Shown piece by piece: positions 10,143-19,860 of a stretch of 64,000 bases of DNA. The translations under genes and the position numbers were made by a program. The DNA is taken from NCBI GenBank assembly GCA_963841085.1, contig CAWJBF010000009.1, forward strand, positions 298,669 through 362,668, read 5' to 3'. The DNA is from an uncultured Chloroflexia bacterium. Lineage in GTDB: Bacteria > Chloroflexota > Anaerolineae > Aggregatilineales > Phototrophicaceae. Each line of letters begins with the position of its first letter. Positions within the stretch are counted from its first letter, which is position 1. Below the pieces are notes generated by a model. The model was not told the origin of the DNA and ran no database searches. It saw nothing but the letters and a program-made list of their open reading frames with translations.

Positions 10143-11261
10143 ATGGACAACGACGAAACACGCGACCCCATTGAAGACGCTCCCGGGCCTTCAGAAGCCG
10201 TAGAGGTTCCGGCAGACGACATGCATGAAGCTGCCTCGCCCGAACCGGCGATGGCGGATATGTTCAGTTCACTTGACGAGCCGGTTCAGGCTGAGACAGA
10301 AGCTGCGCCGCCTGAAGCAGTCGAACCGCCGGATGAAGTGGACGCAACGGCTGCCGAACCTGACCCGTCAGAAGCAGAGGCGGAAGCAGACACCGGGGCG
10401 ACCGACGAACCGAAGCCGGAAGCACAAGCGGATGAGGTAATCGAGGGTGTCTCTATCTCCGAGTCCGAGGCACACGCCGAGCCTGAGGCAGAAGCCGCAT
10501 CCGAAGAGTCTGATCAATACGAAGACTCGGAGATAGCCGAAGAAGAGCCTGAAGTTGCGGTCAGCTACGACCTGCCGCAGGCATTGTTCGACGCCGGCAT
10601 CGATGTAGACGCCGCCCTTGGTGCGCTGTCATTCGAACTGGCCTCAAGCAGCTATGACGAAGACCACGCGGCCGCGTCCCGGCTGCCGCCGTTCTCACCC
10701 CCGGACTATCACCCGAAGCTGCGTATGCCATCCGCGATCAGGCTGCGCCGCGGGCAGATCGGCTCGGTGGTTCCGGCGCTGATCCTGATCGGGCTTGGCG
10801 CATGGATGACGCTGTCCAACGCCGCCGGCGCGCCACTTGACCCCATGTTGGTCGGCATGATCCTCGTGGGCGGGCTGATGGTGTCGTTTGCCGCCGAATG
10901 GCTGTTCAGCGGCCGCTGGGCACGCGGCCTGCTGCTGGTGGCCTTGCTGGCGCTGTTTGCCGCCGGTGGCTCAGCGCTTGTGTTGCAGTCGGGCGCAGAT
11001 AATGCCCTGGTCGCGTATCCGCTGCTGCTGTCGGCGCTTGGCATCGCCATCATCCTCAGCGGGCTGCTGGCGCGGCCGGTGGAGCGCGTGATGCTCGGGC
11101 CGGGCATGGTCTTTATCACGGCGGGCATCGTCGGCTTTCTGGTGCTCGACGGCGTTATTCCGGCCACGGTGCTGTCCACCGCCGCCGCCTATTGGTTTGT
11201 GCCGGCAACTATCGTCCTGCTGCTTGTGCTGCTGCCGCTGATCTTCCGCAAGCCGTCGTAG
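10143..11261 (+). CDS. Membrane protein with long acidic disordered N-terminus and about 6 TM helices
   Basis: GGAGG Shine-Dalgarno; E/D/A/P-rich first ~170 aa, hydrophobic C-terminus. Confidence 0.75.
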   Translation: MDNDETRDPIEDAPGPSEAVEVPADDMHEAASPEPAMADMFSSLDEPVQAETEAAPPEAVEPPDEVDATAAEPDPSEAEAEADTGATDEPKPEAQADEVIEGVSISESEAHAEPEAEAASEESDQYEDSEIAEEEPEVAVSYDLPQALFDAGIDVDAALGALSFELASSSYDEDHAAASRLPPFSPPDYHPKLRMPSAIRLRRGQIGSVVPALILIGLGAWMTLSNAAGAPLDPMLVGMILVGGLMVSFAAEWLFSGRWARGLLLVALLALFAAGGSALVLQSGADNALVAYPLLLSALGIAIILSGLLARPVERVMLGPGMVFITAGIVGFLVLDGVIPATVLSTAAAYWFVPATIVLLLVLLPLIFRKPS

Positions 11262-11276
11262 CGGCGGGCGTGGCCT

Positions 11277-12365
11277 GTGCGCATCGCCATCGACGCCAGC
11301 CGCACCACCGCCGCGCGCGTAACCGGCACGGAACGCTACGCGCTTGAGGCGATTCGCGCGCTCATCCGGCTCAACACAAGTCACGAAATCACCCTGTATT
11401 TCCGCGATGCTCCGCCGCCTGATCAGTTTCCGCCGTCAGCGCAGGTCATGCAGCGCGTCATACCCTTTCGTCGCGCATGGACGCATCTTCGCTTTGCGGC
11501 TGCGCTCACGGCAGATCGGCCGGATATCGCCTGGGTGCCCGCTCATACCCTGCCGCTGCTGTTTCCCGGCCGCGCCGCTGTCACCGTACACGACCTCGGC
11601 TACAAGCTGTTCCCCGAAGCGCATCCGCTGCGCCAGCGCCGCTATCTCGACTGGACGACCGCGCACAGTGCCCGGCGCGCTGCCGTCGTTTTTGCCGACA
11701 GCCACGCCACAGCCCGCGATCTGACGCACTTCTACGGCACGCCGGAAGCGAAAATCCGCGTCGTCTACCCGGGCGTGGACGCCCCGCCCGTTGGTGACAT
11801 TCAAGCCGTGCGGGCGCGCTATCGGCTTCCCGAGCGCTATTTTCTGTTTCTCGGCACGCTTCAACCGCGCAAGAACATCGAACGTATCGCACGGGCCTAT
11901 GCCCAGTGGCGCGCGACCCACTCGGGTGAGGACGTGGGGCTGGTGCTGGCCGGCGCGCAAGGCTGGCTGTTCGACCCCGCCTGGACGGCCGGCGTTGAAG
12001 GCATCACCCTGACAGGCTACGTCGATGATACTGACCGGGGCGCGCTGTACGCCGGGGCGCTGGCGCTCGTGTTTCCGTCGCTCTACGAGGGCTTCGGCTT
12101 TCCAGCGGTTGAAGCCATGAGCTGCGGCACGCCGGTGCTGGCCAGCAGTACATCCAGCCTGCCTGAGCTGGTGGGCGACGCCGGTTTGTTGGTCGATCCA
12201 CTCAATACTGATGAGATCGCAAACGGCATGGCGCAGTTGAGCGACGATTTGACGATACGACAGCAGTTCGCCGAACGCGGACGAGCGCAGGCGGCACAGT
12301 TCACCTGGGAGGCGGCCGCACGGGGGATTCTGGCGGGGCTGGAAGGGGCAGCTCAGGCGCCTTGA
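11277..12365 (+). CDS. Glycosyltransferase family 4 (GT-B)
   Basis: MRIAIDAS, TVHDL, GTLQPRKN, FPSLYEGFGFPAVEAMSCGTPV. Confidence 0.95.
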   Translation: MRIAIDASRTTAARVTGTERYALEAIRALIRLNTSHEITLYFRDAPPPDQFPPSAQVMQRVIPFRRAWTHLRFAAALTADRPDIAWVPAHTLPLLFPGRAAVTVHDLGYKLFPEAHPLRQRRYLDWTTAHSARRAAVVFADSHATARDLTHFYGTPEAKIRVVYPGVDAPPVGDIQAVRARYRLPERYFLFLGTLQPRKNIERIARAYAQWRATHSGEDVGLVLAGAQGWLFDPAWTAGVEGITLTGYVDDTDRGALYAGALALVFPSLYEGFGFPAVEAMSCGTPVLASSTSSLPELVGDAGLLVDPLNTDEIANGMAQLSDDLTIRQQFAERGRAQAAQFTWEAAARGILAGLEGAAQAP

Positions 12366-12434
12366 GACCTTACGAGCACAAACGCGTACTTCAACGTATC
12401 ATTGACTGCAATCTTCTCAAGACATCGGTGTGTT

Positions 12435-12833
12435 GTGCCAACTGTGACCGCTCTGCCCATCGAAGGACGCCGTGCCCTGCTGATGAAGTGGGAGCGTGAG
12501 CCGGACAGCCGCGATGTGCGCAACGCCTTCGTACACATGACGACTGTGCTCAACGCGCAGCAGCGTCCGCACTGGATCGTCGTAGACATCAAGTCCAATC
12601 CGGCTTTTCCGATGGTCGAAACGATTGCCGGTGCATTCTGGGGGCCATCGCGTAGCCCGGCATTTGCCGAGTGGCTGGTGGTCGGTTCATCCACTGCCGC
12701 GCGAACGATTGGCGGCACGCTCAGCCGCATCGCCAAACGGGATAATATCCGCTGGTTCAGCACCATGGACGAGGCGCTAGGCTATCTGGCTCACGCCGAG
12801 TTAACCACGCCCGCGTCAGAAACGCCCTTGTGA
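12435..12833 (+). CDS. Hypothetical protein (STAS/SEC14-like small alpha/beta domain)
   Basis: WIVVDI.. and C-terminal F.TMDEALGYL pattern. Confidence 0.55.
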   Translation: MPTVTALPIEGRRALLMKWEREPDSRDVRNAFVHMTTVLNAQQRPHWIVVDIKSNPAFPMVETIAGAFWGPSRSPAFAEWLVVGSSTAARTIGGTLSRIAKRDNIRWFSTMDEALGYLAHAELTTPASETPL

Positions 12834-12895
12834 GCGCGCCGCTTCAGCGCCGATAATGGGCCGCTGAATTCGCCGCACCGTTCGAGGGTCTACTG

Positions 12896-14791
12896 CTGTC
12901 CACGCCCGCTCCACACCGCCTGCTCGTCGTTCAGCTTGCCGACATCGGCGACCTGGTGCTGTCTACCCCGGCGCTGGCGGCCCTGCGTGAAGCTCACCCG
13001 TCCATGCACGTCGCGCTGCTGACCACACTGGCGGCTGCGCCTGTCGTGGAAGGCGGCCCGCTGGTCGATGAGGTGCTCACCAGTTCGCGCGCTGTCCTCA
13101 ATCCGCGCCATCCCTCACTCACGGATACGTGCGCTGCGACAGCGCTGATGCGCAAACTGCGCGCCGGCGCGTACGACACCATCCTCTTTCTGCACCATCT
13201 CACCACACAGGCGGGCGCACTCAAGTTGGCTGCATTCGCGGCCGCTGCCAGCAGCCCGCGCCGCGTCGGCCTCGACAATGGACGTGGCTTCTTCCTCACG
13301 CACCGGCTGGAAGATCAGGGCTTCGGCGCGCGCCATCAGGCGAAGTACTGGCTCGATCTGGCGGCGCTGCTCGGCGCTGATCCAACCCCGCGCCCAGCGC
13401 AAGTGTTCATCAGCGCCGCCGACCGCGATTGGGCTACTGAAAAACTCCAGTTTGAGCCCTCACCCCCTGCCCCCTCTCCCTCAGGGAGAGGGGATCGATT
13501 TGCCGTCATTCACGCTGGCAGCGGCGGCTACAGCCGCGCGCGCCGCTGGGAGCCCACAAAGTTTGCGACCGTCGCTGACCGACTTGCCCGTGAGCGCGGC
13601 CTGCGGCTGGCGTTGGTGGGTGGCCCAAGCGACGATACCGCTGCTGTTCAGGAGGCACTCACAGCTTCGGCTCTCGATCTCAGCAGCCAAACATCCGTTG
13701 GCCAGTTGGCGGCCGTACTCGAACGCGCATCCGTGTTCATCGGCGCGGATAGCGGCGTGATGCATCTCGCGGCGGCCGCCGGTGCGCCGATCGTGGCTGT
13801 ATTTGGCCCGAGCAATCACGAAGCCTGGGGGCCGTGGACGCCTAACGGCCGCCCCTTCGTCGTGCGCAGCGCCCCGGAATGCAGCCCGTGCAGCTATACC
13901 GGTCACAGCGTAGGCCTGCGCGAGGGCTGCGCCGCCCGCACCTGTATGAGGCTGATCACTGCCGATCATGTGGCCGAAGCGGCATTCGCCCTGCTCGATG
14001 ACCAGCCTCCACCAACATCCGCCCCGCCAATCGATACAGACCGCTGGACGCGCACGGTCTCGCTGCTCAATCTGCCTGTCAGCGCCATCACGTATGACGA
14101 CTGGCTGGCACAAATTGGTGGCTGGGTGCGTGAAACACCGCGCCAGTTTCATCACGTATGCACCATCAACCCCGAAATGGTAATGATCGCGCAGCAAGAC
14201 GCGAACTTCCGCCATATTCTGCAGCGCGTCGATTTGACAGTGCCGGATGGCATCGGCCTGCTTTGGGCGGCGCGGCGGCGCGGCCAGCCACTGCCCGAGC
14301 GCGTAACCGGTTCGGATGGCGTGCCGATCATCGCCGAACGCGCGGCGCGTGAAGGCTGGCGGCTGTTCCTCCTCGGCGCAGCGCCGGGCGTCGCGGAAAA
14401 AGCCGCCGCCGTGCTGTGCGCCCGCTTTCCGGGTCTGCAACTCGCTGGCACATTCAGCGGCAGTCCATCGCCCGAGCAGGAAACCGAACTGTGCGCGCGG
14501 GTCAACGCCAGTAGGGCCGATGTGCTGTTCGTGGCTTACGGCGCGCCCGAGCAGGACAAGTGGATCGCCCGCAACAGCCCGCGCCTGAACGTGGCGATGG
14601 CGATGGGCGTGGGCGGCTCGTTCGACTTCATCGCCGGTATCGTGCCGCGCGCCCCCCTGTGGCTGCGCCGTGCCGGGCTGGAATGGCTCTACCGGCTGTA
14701 TTTGCAGCCTTGGCGCATCAAGCGTATGCTGCGCCTGCCGCGTTTCGTGCTAGCCATCCTCACTGAACGGACTTCACCTCATGAACGCTGA
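12896..14791 (+). CDS. Fusion of GT9 heptosyltransferase-like and WecB/TagA/CpsF (GT26) glycosyltransferases; probable CTG start
   Basis: N-terminal LLVVQLADIGDLVLSTPAL, DSGVMHLAAA and VFGPS; C-terminal TINPE, PDGIG, RVTGSD, GAPEQDKW, GVGGSFD, GLEWLYRL. Confidence 0.9.
   Translation: MSTPAPHRLLVVQLADIGDLVLSTPALAALREAHPSMHVALLTTLAAAPVVEGGPLVDEVLTSSRAVLNPRHPSLTDTCAATALMRKLRAGAYDTILFLHHLTTQAGALKLAAFAAAASSPRRVGLDNGRGFFLTHRLEDQGFGARHQAKYWLDLAALLGADPTPRPAQVFISAADRDWATEKLQFEPSPPAPSPSGRGDRFAVIHAGSGGYSRARRWEPTKFATVADRLARERGLRLALVGGPSDDTAAVQEALTASALDLSSQTSVGQLAAVLERASVFIGADSGVMHLAAAAGAPIVAVFGPSNHEAWGPWTPNGRPFVVRSAPECSPCSYTGHSVGLREGCAARTCMRLITADHVAEAAFALLDDQPPPTSAPPIDTDRWTRTVSLLNLPVSAITYDDWLAQIGGWVRETPRQFHHVCTINPEMVMIAQQDANFRHILQRVDLTVPDGIGLLWAARRRGQPLPERVTGSDGVPIIAERAAREGWRLFLLGAAPGVAEKAAAVLCARFPGLQLAGTFSGSPSPEQETELCARVNASRADVLFVAYGAPEQDKWIARNSPRLNVAMAMGVGGSFDFIAGIVPRAPLWLRRAGLEWLYRLYLQPWRIKRMLRLPRFVLAILTERTSPHER
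13457..13493 (+). repeat. Palindromic CCCTCACCCC...CCCTCTCCC/GGGAGAGGGG repeat inserted in frame in the GT9 linker
   Basis: Perfect 10-bp stem cccctctccc-tca-gggagagggg translated as PSPPAPSPSGRG; same motif intergenic at 63782-63820. Confidence 0.8.
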
Positions 14792-15779
14792 TCTCAAGCG
14801 CTGGATTCCCGCGCTGGCCGGGCTGAATGTCCTCGTCGTGGGCGACCTCATTCTCGACGAATATCTGATTGGCAGCGCCACGCGCCTCAGCCGGGAAGCG
14901 CCGATACCCGTGCTTGAGTTTGAGGAGCGACGCCTGATTCCGGGGGGAGCCGCTAACCCAGCCGCCAATATTGCCGCGTTGGGCAGCACTGCCGTACAGT
15001 TGGGCGTGATCGGCGCGGACGCCGACGCCACTGCGCTGCGCCAGGTATTGCAGGCGCGCGGCATTGATACCTCGGCGCTGGTGATCGACGCCGCCCGCCC
15101 CACCACCGTCAAAACGCGGGTGATGGCGCATATGGGCCTGCGCTATCCGCAGCAGGTGGCGCGCATCGACCGCGTTTCGCGCGCGCCGCTGCCACTGGCC
15201 GTCGAGCAGCAGATTCGCCACCACCTTCACCATCACACGCCGAAGGTGCAGGCCGTGTTGTTCTCCGACTATCACGCAGGCCTACTATCGCTTGGATTGG
15301 TCGAAGCAGGTCGCAATCTTGCCCGCCAGTCTGGGGCGCTGCTCGCCGCCGACGCGCAGGGTGAGCTGCAAAAGTACGCGGGCTTTGATGTGGTGAAATG
15401 CAATGCCGACGAAGCCCGCGCGTTCCTGCGCCGCGCGCTCAGCACCGACGCCGATTTCGCCGCCGCTGCGCGTGAACTCACCGCGACCCTGCACGTGCGC
15501 CGCGCTGTCGTCATCACACGCGGCGCAGACGGCGCAACAGTCGCCCTGCCCACCGAAGGCGAACATCACTGCCCGGCACCGCAAACGACCGAGGTTTTCG
15601 ACACGGTTGGTGCAGGCGATACCGCGATTGCCGTGCTCTCGCTGGCGTTGACGGCGGGCGCAACTCCAGTCGAGGCGGTCATACTCGCCAATATCGCCAG
15701 CGGACTGGTCGTGCGCCGCGTGGGTAACTACGCGCCCAGCGCCGATGAGCTGCTCGAAGCGCTAAAAACGACTGATTGA
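14781..15779 (+). CDS. D-glycero-D-manno-heptose-7-phosphate kinase (HldE/RfaE domain I, HldA-like; PfkB family)
   Basis: VLVVGDLILDEY..G..TRLSREAPIPV, GGAAN.A.N, T.KTRV, DTVGAGDT. Confidence 0.88.
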   Translation: MNADLKRWIPALAGLNVLVVGDLILDEYLIGSATRLSREAPIPVLEFEERRLIPGGAANPAANIAALGSTAVQLGVIGADADATALRQVLQARGIDTSALVIDAARPTTVKTRVMAHMGLRYPQQVARIDRVSRAPLPLAVEQQIRHHLHHHTPKVQAVLFSDYHAGLLSLGLVEAGRNLARQSGALLAADAQGELQKYAGFDVVKCNADEARAFLRRALSTDADFAAAARELTATLHVRRAVVITRGADGATVALPTEGEHHCPAPQTTEVFDTVGAGDTAIAVLSLALTAGATPVEAVILANIASGLVVRRVGNYAPSADELLEALKTTD

Positions 15780-15826
15780 ACTACTGAGACACGGAGAGAT
15801 ACATTTGAACCGCCAGCGGTTCAAGT

Positions 15827-16543
15827 CTATCTTCGTAGCACGCGGTAGGCGTTCAGGTCGCCGGTTTCGCCGTCAGCGCGATACGCATCGGCCAGCGCTA
15901 AACCGCTGGCCGCCACCAGCGCGTCGAGTTCTGCGTCATCGGTGTGGTGGCAGTAGCGCAGCGCCGGTGTATCGCCGGCGCGCCAGTCGAGCAGATATTC
16001 GTTGTCCTCAAGCGTGAGTCCGGCTGGCGGCTGCACAATCCGCTGACGGAAGCGCTCGTATTCCCGGAAGCGCCACGCAGTAAACGTCAGCAAGCCGCCC
16101 GGAGCCGTCCGCGCCGCCAACGCCGTGACTAACGCCTCGCGCCTCAATGCGCCCGGCACGTGGTGCAGCACGCCGAACAACGTCACCAGATCGAACTGCC
16201 CGGCCGGCAGCGCATCCACATCCATGATGAAGTCCGCCTCGATCCAGGTGGCGGTCACAGTCGTATTGTCCGCCAGTGCGTAACGGCCAGCCTCCAGCAG
16301 CGCCGGACTGCTATCGACGCCTGTGTAGTCCAGCGCCACCCCTTCGCGCGCCAGAAACAGGGCGAGTCGGCCGTTGCCACAACCTGCATCCAGCACCCGC
16401 AGCGGCCTTACGGGTGGCAGATGGTTCAGCAAGCGCCGCCAGCCCGGCCATGCAGACTGCCTGGACTGGTCGAAGTCTGCCGACACCGACTGGTAGAATT
16501 GGCGGTTGAGATCGTTCAGGCGCAGCGCCGTAGCTTCATCCAC
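15827..16543 (-). CDS. Class I SAM-dependent methyltransferase
   Basis: LRVLDAGCGNGR, FGVLHHVPG; FYQSVSADFDQSR resembles Trm9/ALKBH8-like N-termini. Confidence 0.85.
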   Translation of the reverse strand: MDEATALRLNDLNRQFYQSVSADFDQSRQSAWPGWRRLLNHLPPVRPLRVLDAGCGNGRLALFLAREGVALDYTGVDSSPALLEAGRYALADNTTVTATWIEADFIMDVDALPAGQFDLVTLFGVLHHVPGALRREALVTALAARTAPGGLLTFTAWRFREYERFRQRIVQPPAGLTLEDNEYLLDWRAGDTPALRYCHHTDDAELDALVAASGLALADAYRADGETGDLNAYRVLRR

Positions 16544-16569
16544 CGCCTGCCCTGCCTTTGGGAGCACGA

Positions 16570-17400
16570 ATGCCCATTCCACTCGCCTTCAACTATTCTC
16601 GCGAAGCCGCCGCGTTGCTCGAAGCGGGCCTGATCGCGATTGATCGCTGGAAATGCCCGCCGTGGCCCGAACTCATTGCCGAAGCACGCCAGTCGCGCCC
16701 GGTCTACGTCCATTTTGACCTGTATGCCGGCGGCGGCCACATGGAAGCCATAGACTGGAGCGTGGTTGAGCGCATGATGGACGAGACCAGCACGCCGTTC
16801 GTCAACCTGCATCTCACACCCACCCTTGCCGACTTCGGTTTCAGCAATGAGCCGCTGACAGCGGCGCAGAACGCGCAGGTTCTGGAAACCATGATGCGCG
16901 ATGTGGGCTTCGTCGCGCGCCGCTTCGGTTCCGAGCGCGTCATTGTCGAGAATATCCCCTATCGCGGAAAACCGGAACGTAACGGCTGGGAGTTCGTACG
17001 CGCCACTGTCGAACCGGCCGTTTTCACGCAGGTGCTGACCGAAACAGGCACGGGGCTGCTGTTCGATATTGCCCACGCCACCATTACCGCCAATACGCTG
17101 AATATCAATGTACGCGATTACATCACCGCGCACCCACTGAATCGGCTGCGCGAACTGCATATTGGCGGCGTGCGAAGCCATCAAGGCGATCTGGAAGACC
17201 ACTTGGCGATGACGGACACTGATTGGCGTCTTTTCGAGGAGATGCTTGGCTTGATCGCTGTGGGCCGCGCCGCCAAACCGTGGCTGGTGGCCTGCGAATA
17301 CGGCGGGCTGGGCGAAAACTTCGCATGGCGCAGCGAAACGGTGGTGATTGCCGAGGACGCGGTGCGAATGAAGGCGATGCTAGAATTTGCCAGCCGCTAA
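16570..17400 (+). CDS. DUF692-family multinuclear non-heme iron enzyme (MNIO-like TIM barrel)
   Basis: Metal-ligand pattern VNLHL, VENIPY, LLFDIAHA, ELHIGG, EDH, CEYGG. Confidence 0.75.
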   Translation: MPIPLAFNYSREAAALLEAGLIAIDRWKCPPWPELIAEARQSRPVYVHFDLYAGGGHMEAIDWSVVERMMDETSTPFVNLHLTPTLADFGFSNEPLTAAQNAQVLETMMRDVGFVARRFGSERVIVENIPYRGKPERNGWEFVRATVEPAVFTQVLTETGTGLLFDIAHATITANTLNINVRDYITAHPLNRLRELHIGGVRSHQGDLEDHLAMTDTDWRLFEEMLGLIAVGRAAKPWLVACEYGGLGENFAWRSETVVIAEDAVRMKAMLEFASR

Positions 17401-17428
17401 TGCAGGCTGAATATTCAAGCTGGTAAAC

Positions 17429-17495
17429 GTGGGCGCAACACGCTGTGCCCCTACAGGTGTGTGTTTTGTAGAGGCAAGGCATGCCTTGCCCCTAC
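17429..17495. repeat. GTAG-type REP doublet
   Basis: gtgggcgcaacacgctgtgcccctac followed by gtagaggcaaggcatgccttgcccctac. Confidence 0.75.
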
Positions 17496-17626
17496 CCGGC
17501 GGCCGTTTACCATCCTAAACAGGAAAATTGCATAAGCGGCCGGCTGCCAAACAGACTAGGCCTCTCCGAGGACAAAAGCTGCGGGCGCACACACCAATTC
17601 AGCCTCTGCAAGAGGCTTGTCAGTAT

Positions 17627-17656
17627 GGTAGCCGGAGCGTAAACGCTCCGGCTACC
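17627..17656. repeat. GTAG-type palindrome; probable terminator of the ugp-like operon
   Basis: 14-bp perfect stem ggtagccggagcgt-aa-acgctccggctacc. Confidence 0.65.
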
Positions 17657-17685
17657 GGCATCCAGTCTGTTAGGGGTGAGGTTGG

Positions 17686-18557
17686 TTACTTATCCCTCGT
17701 CAGCGCGAACCCGCTCATGAACTGCTTCTGCAGCAGGATGAACACCACCAGCGGCGGGATGGTTGCCAGCACCGCGCCCAGCATCATCGGCCCGTAGCTC
17801 GTGGCGATGTCGCCGCCCACCAGCGTCCGCAGGCCCACCTGCACCACCTGTTTTTCCGGCCCCTGAATGATCAGCACCGGCCACAGGTACATATTCCACA
17901 CGTACACGAACTGGATCACGGCCAGCGCGCCGATCGTGTTCCAACTCATCGGCACCAGCACCCGCCACAGGAATTGCAGCGGCGTTGCGCCGTCTAGCTG
18001 GGCCGCTTCCGAGAACTCGGCCGGAATGTTGGCGAAATGCTGGCGGAACAGGAACGCTCCCGTCGCGCTGGCAATGAACGGCACGATCAGCGCGCCGTAG
18101 GTGTTGCCGAGGCCGATCAGATTGACGAAGCGGAACAGCGCGATGACGAGAATTTCCGTTGGCATCATCAGCGTGATCAGCACAAAGAAGAACAGGATCC
18201 ACTTGCCCGGAAAGCGGAAGTAGATGAACGCCAGTCCGGCCAGCAGCGACAGAACCGTCTTGCCAATGGTCACCAGCACCGCCACGAACACGCTGTTGAC
18301 CATGTAATGGCCAAGATTGTTCAGGTTCATGGCGATATTCCAGTTGTCCGCAAACGCACCGCCGGGCGTGAACTGATAGGCATACACCTGCGCGTTGGTT
18401 TGCGTACTGACAAGAATCGCGTAGAACAGCGGAAAGCCGAGAATGATGCAGGCGATTACCAGGAAGATGTGCGCCCACCAGCGTTTCGGCAGCCAGCGGA
18501 CGTCGCGTCTGGCCGTGCTGCGATGGCGACAGCCGAGGCATGTTCCATCGTCGTCAT
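17686..18557 (-). CDS. ugpE: Carbohydrate/glycerol-3-phosphate ABC permease, UgpE-like (frameshift near 5' end)
   Basis: EAA loop EFSEAAQLDGA, F.YVWNMYLWP, LQKQFMSG. Confidence 0.75.
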
Positions 18558-18560
18558 GGC

Positions 18561-19758
18561 CTACGCTCCATACGTCACCGCCCGCGCAGAGGTTCGGAAT
18601 TGCAGCAGCGTGAAGCCGATCACCATAACAAACAGCACAATCGACTGCGCCGCCGCCTTGCCGAGATCGTTGTTGGTGAAGCCCACGTCGTAGATGCGAT
18701 ACATCAGCGTGGTCGTGCTGCCCAGCGGGCCGCCGCCGTGAGCGTATCAATCGTGCCGAACGTCTCGAAGAAAGCGTAGGTCATGTTGGTGATCACGAGG
18801 AAGAACGTGATCGGCGACAGCATGGGGAACACCACGCTCCAGAAGCGCCGCCAGGCGTTCGCGCCGTCAATCGCCGCCGCTTCCACAAGGTCACCGGGCA
18901 CGTTCTGCAGGCCCGCGATGTAGAACAGGATGTTGAAGCCCATGCTCTTCCACACGCTGGCGATGATTACCGCCCACGGCGCGAACACCGGGCTGTTTAG
19001 CCAGGGAACGCTCACGCCGAATAACATCTCAAAGAAGTGGTTGAAGATACCGCGCCAATGGGTTGAAGATCAGCAGGAAGATGACGCCCGCCACCACCGG
19101 CGAAATTGCATACGGCCAGATCAACAGCGTGCGATAGATGCGCGCACCCTTGAGTGGCAGGTAAGCCACCAGCGCGATCATGAGCGACAGCGCCATACTG
19201 AAGAAGACCACCGCCGCCGAAATCAAAATGGTGACGCCGAGCGCCTTGGCATAGGCCGGGTCATTGACAAGCGACGTGAAGTTATTGACGCACACGAACG
19301 CCGTTCGTGGAATGCCCAGCCGCACCAACTGCGTCGAGAGGCTGAAGGTATCGAGCGCCGGATAGTACAGAAACATCAGCAGAATAATCACGGTTGGCCC
19401 GAGGAAGATGTAAGCCAGCCAGCCGTGCCTGAATGCGCCCGGGGTGTGCTCGGCCGCAAACAGGCTGTGCCGCTCGAACAGGGCGCGCAGCAGCCAGCGG
19501 GCGATCAACACGGCGGCGAGAATGCCAATGAGCGATCAGAATAATGCCAAAACTGAAGTCGATGGCTTTGCGCTCAGGCTCGAAGGTGCAGAAATTCAGC
19601 GGCAGCATGAACAGCAGCCCACCTGCGATACCTGCGCCCGCGCCCACCAGCGCTGCCAGCGCGGCTGCCCGCGCGGATTGATGGAAGATCAGAACCAGCA
19701 GGCCCGCCCCCACCAACGCCGAAACGCCTACCACCAACACCGGAATGATCGGATTCAT
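18561..19758 (-). CDS. ugpA: ABC permease UgpA-like with extra N-terminal TM helices (about 3 frameshifts)
   Basis: Pieces in ORFs 19282-19758, 19029-19511 and 18704-19027; LIWPYAISPVVAG, EAAAIDGA..WRRFW. Confidence 0.7.
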
Positions 19759-19805
19759 CCGCCCCCGCTCCTCACGCGGCCCCCAACCAAATTGCCCTGC
19801 AAACA

Positions 19806-19836
19806 GGCAGGGGCGACTTTTACGGTCGCCCCTGCG
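19806..19836 (-). terminator. Intercistronic hairpin after the solute-binding protein gene
   Basis: gcaggggcgac-tttta-cggtcgcccctgc. Confidence 0.55.
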
Positions 19837-19860
19837 CTACTTATTGCATGCTCGAAGCGC

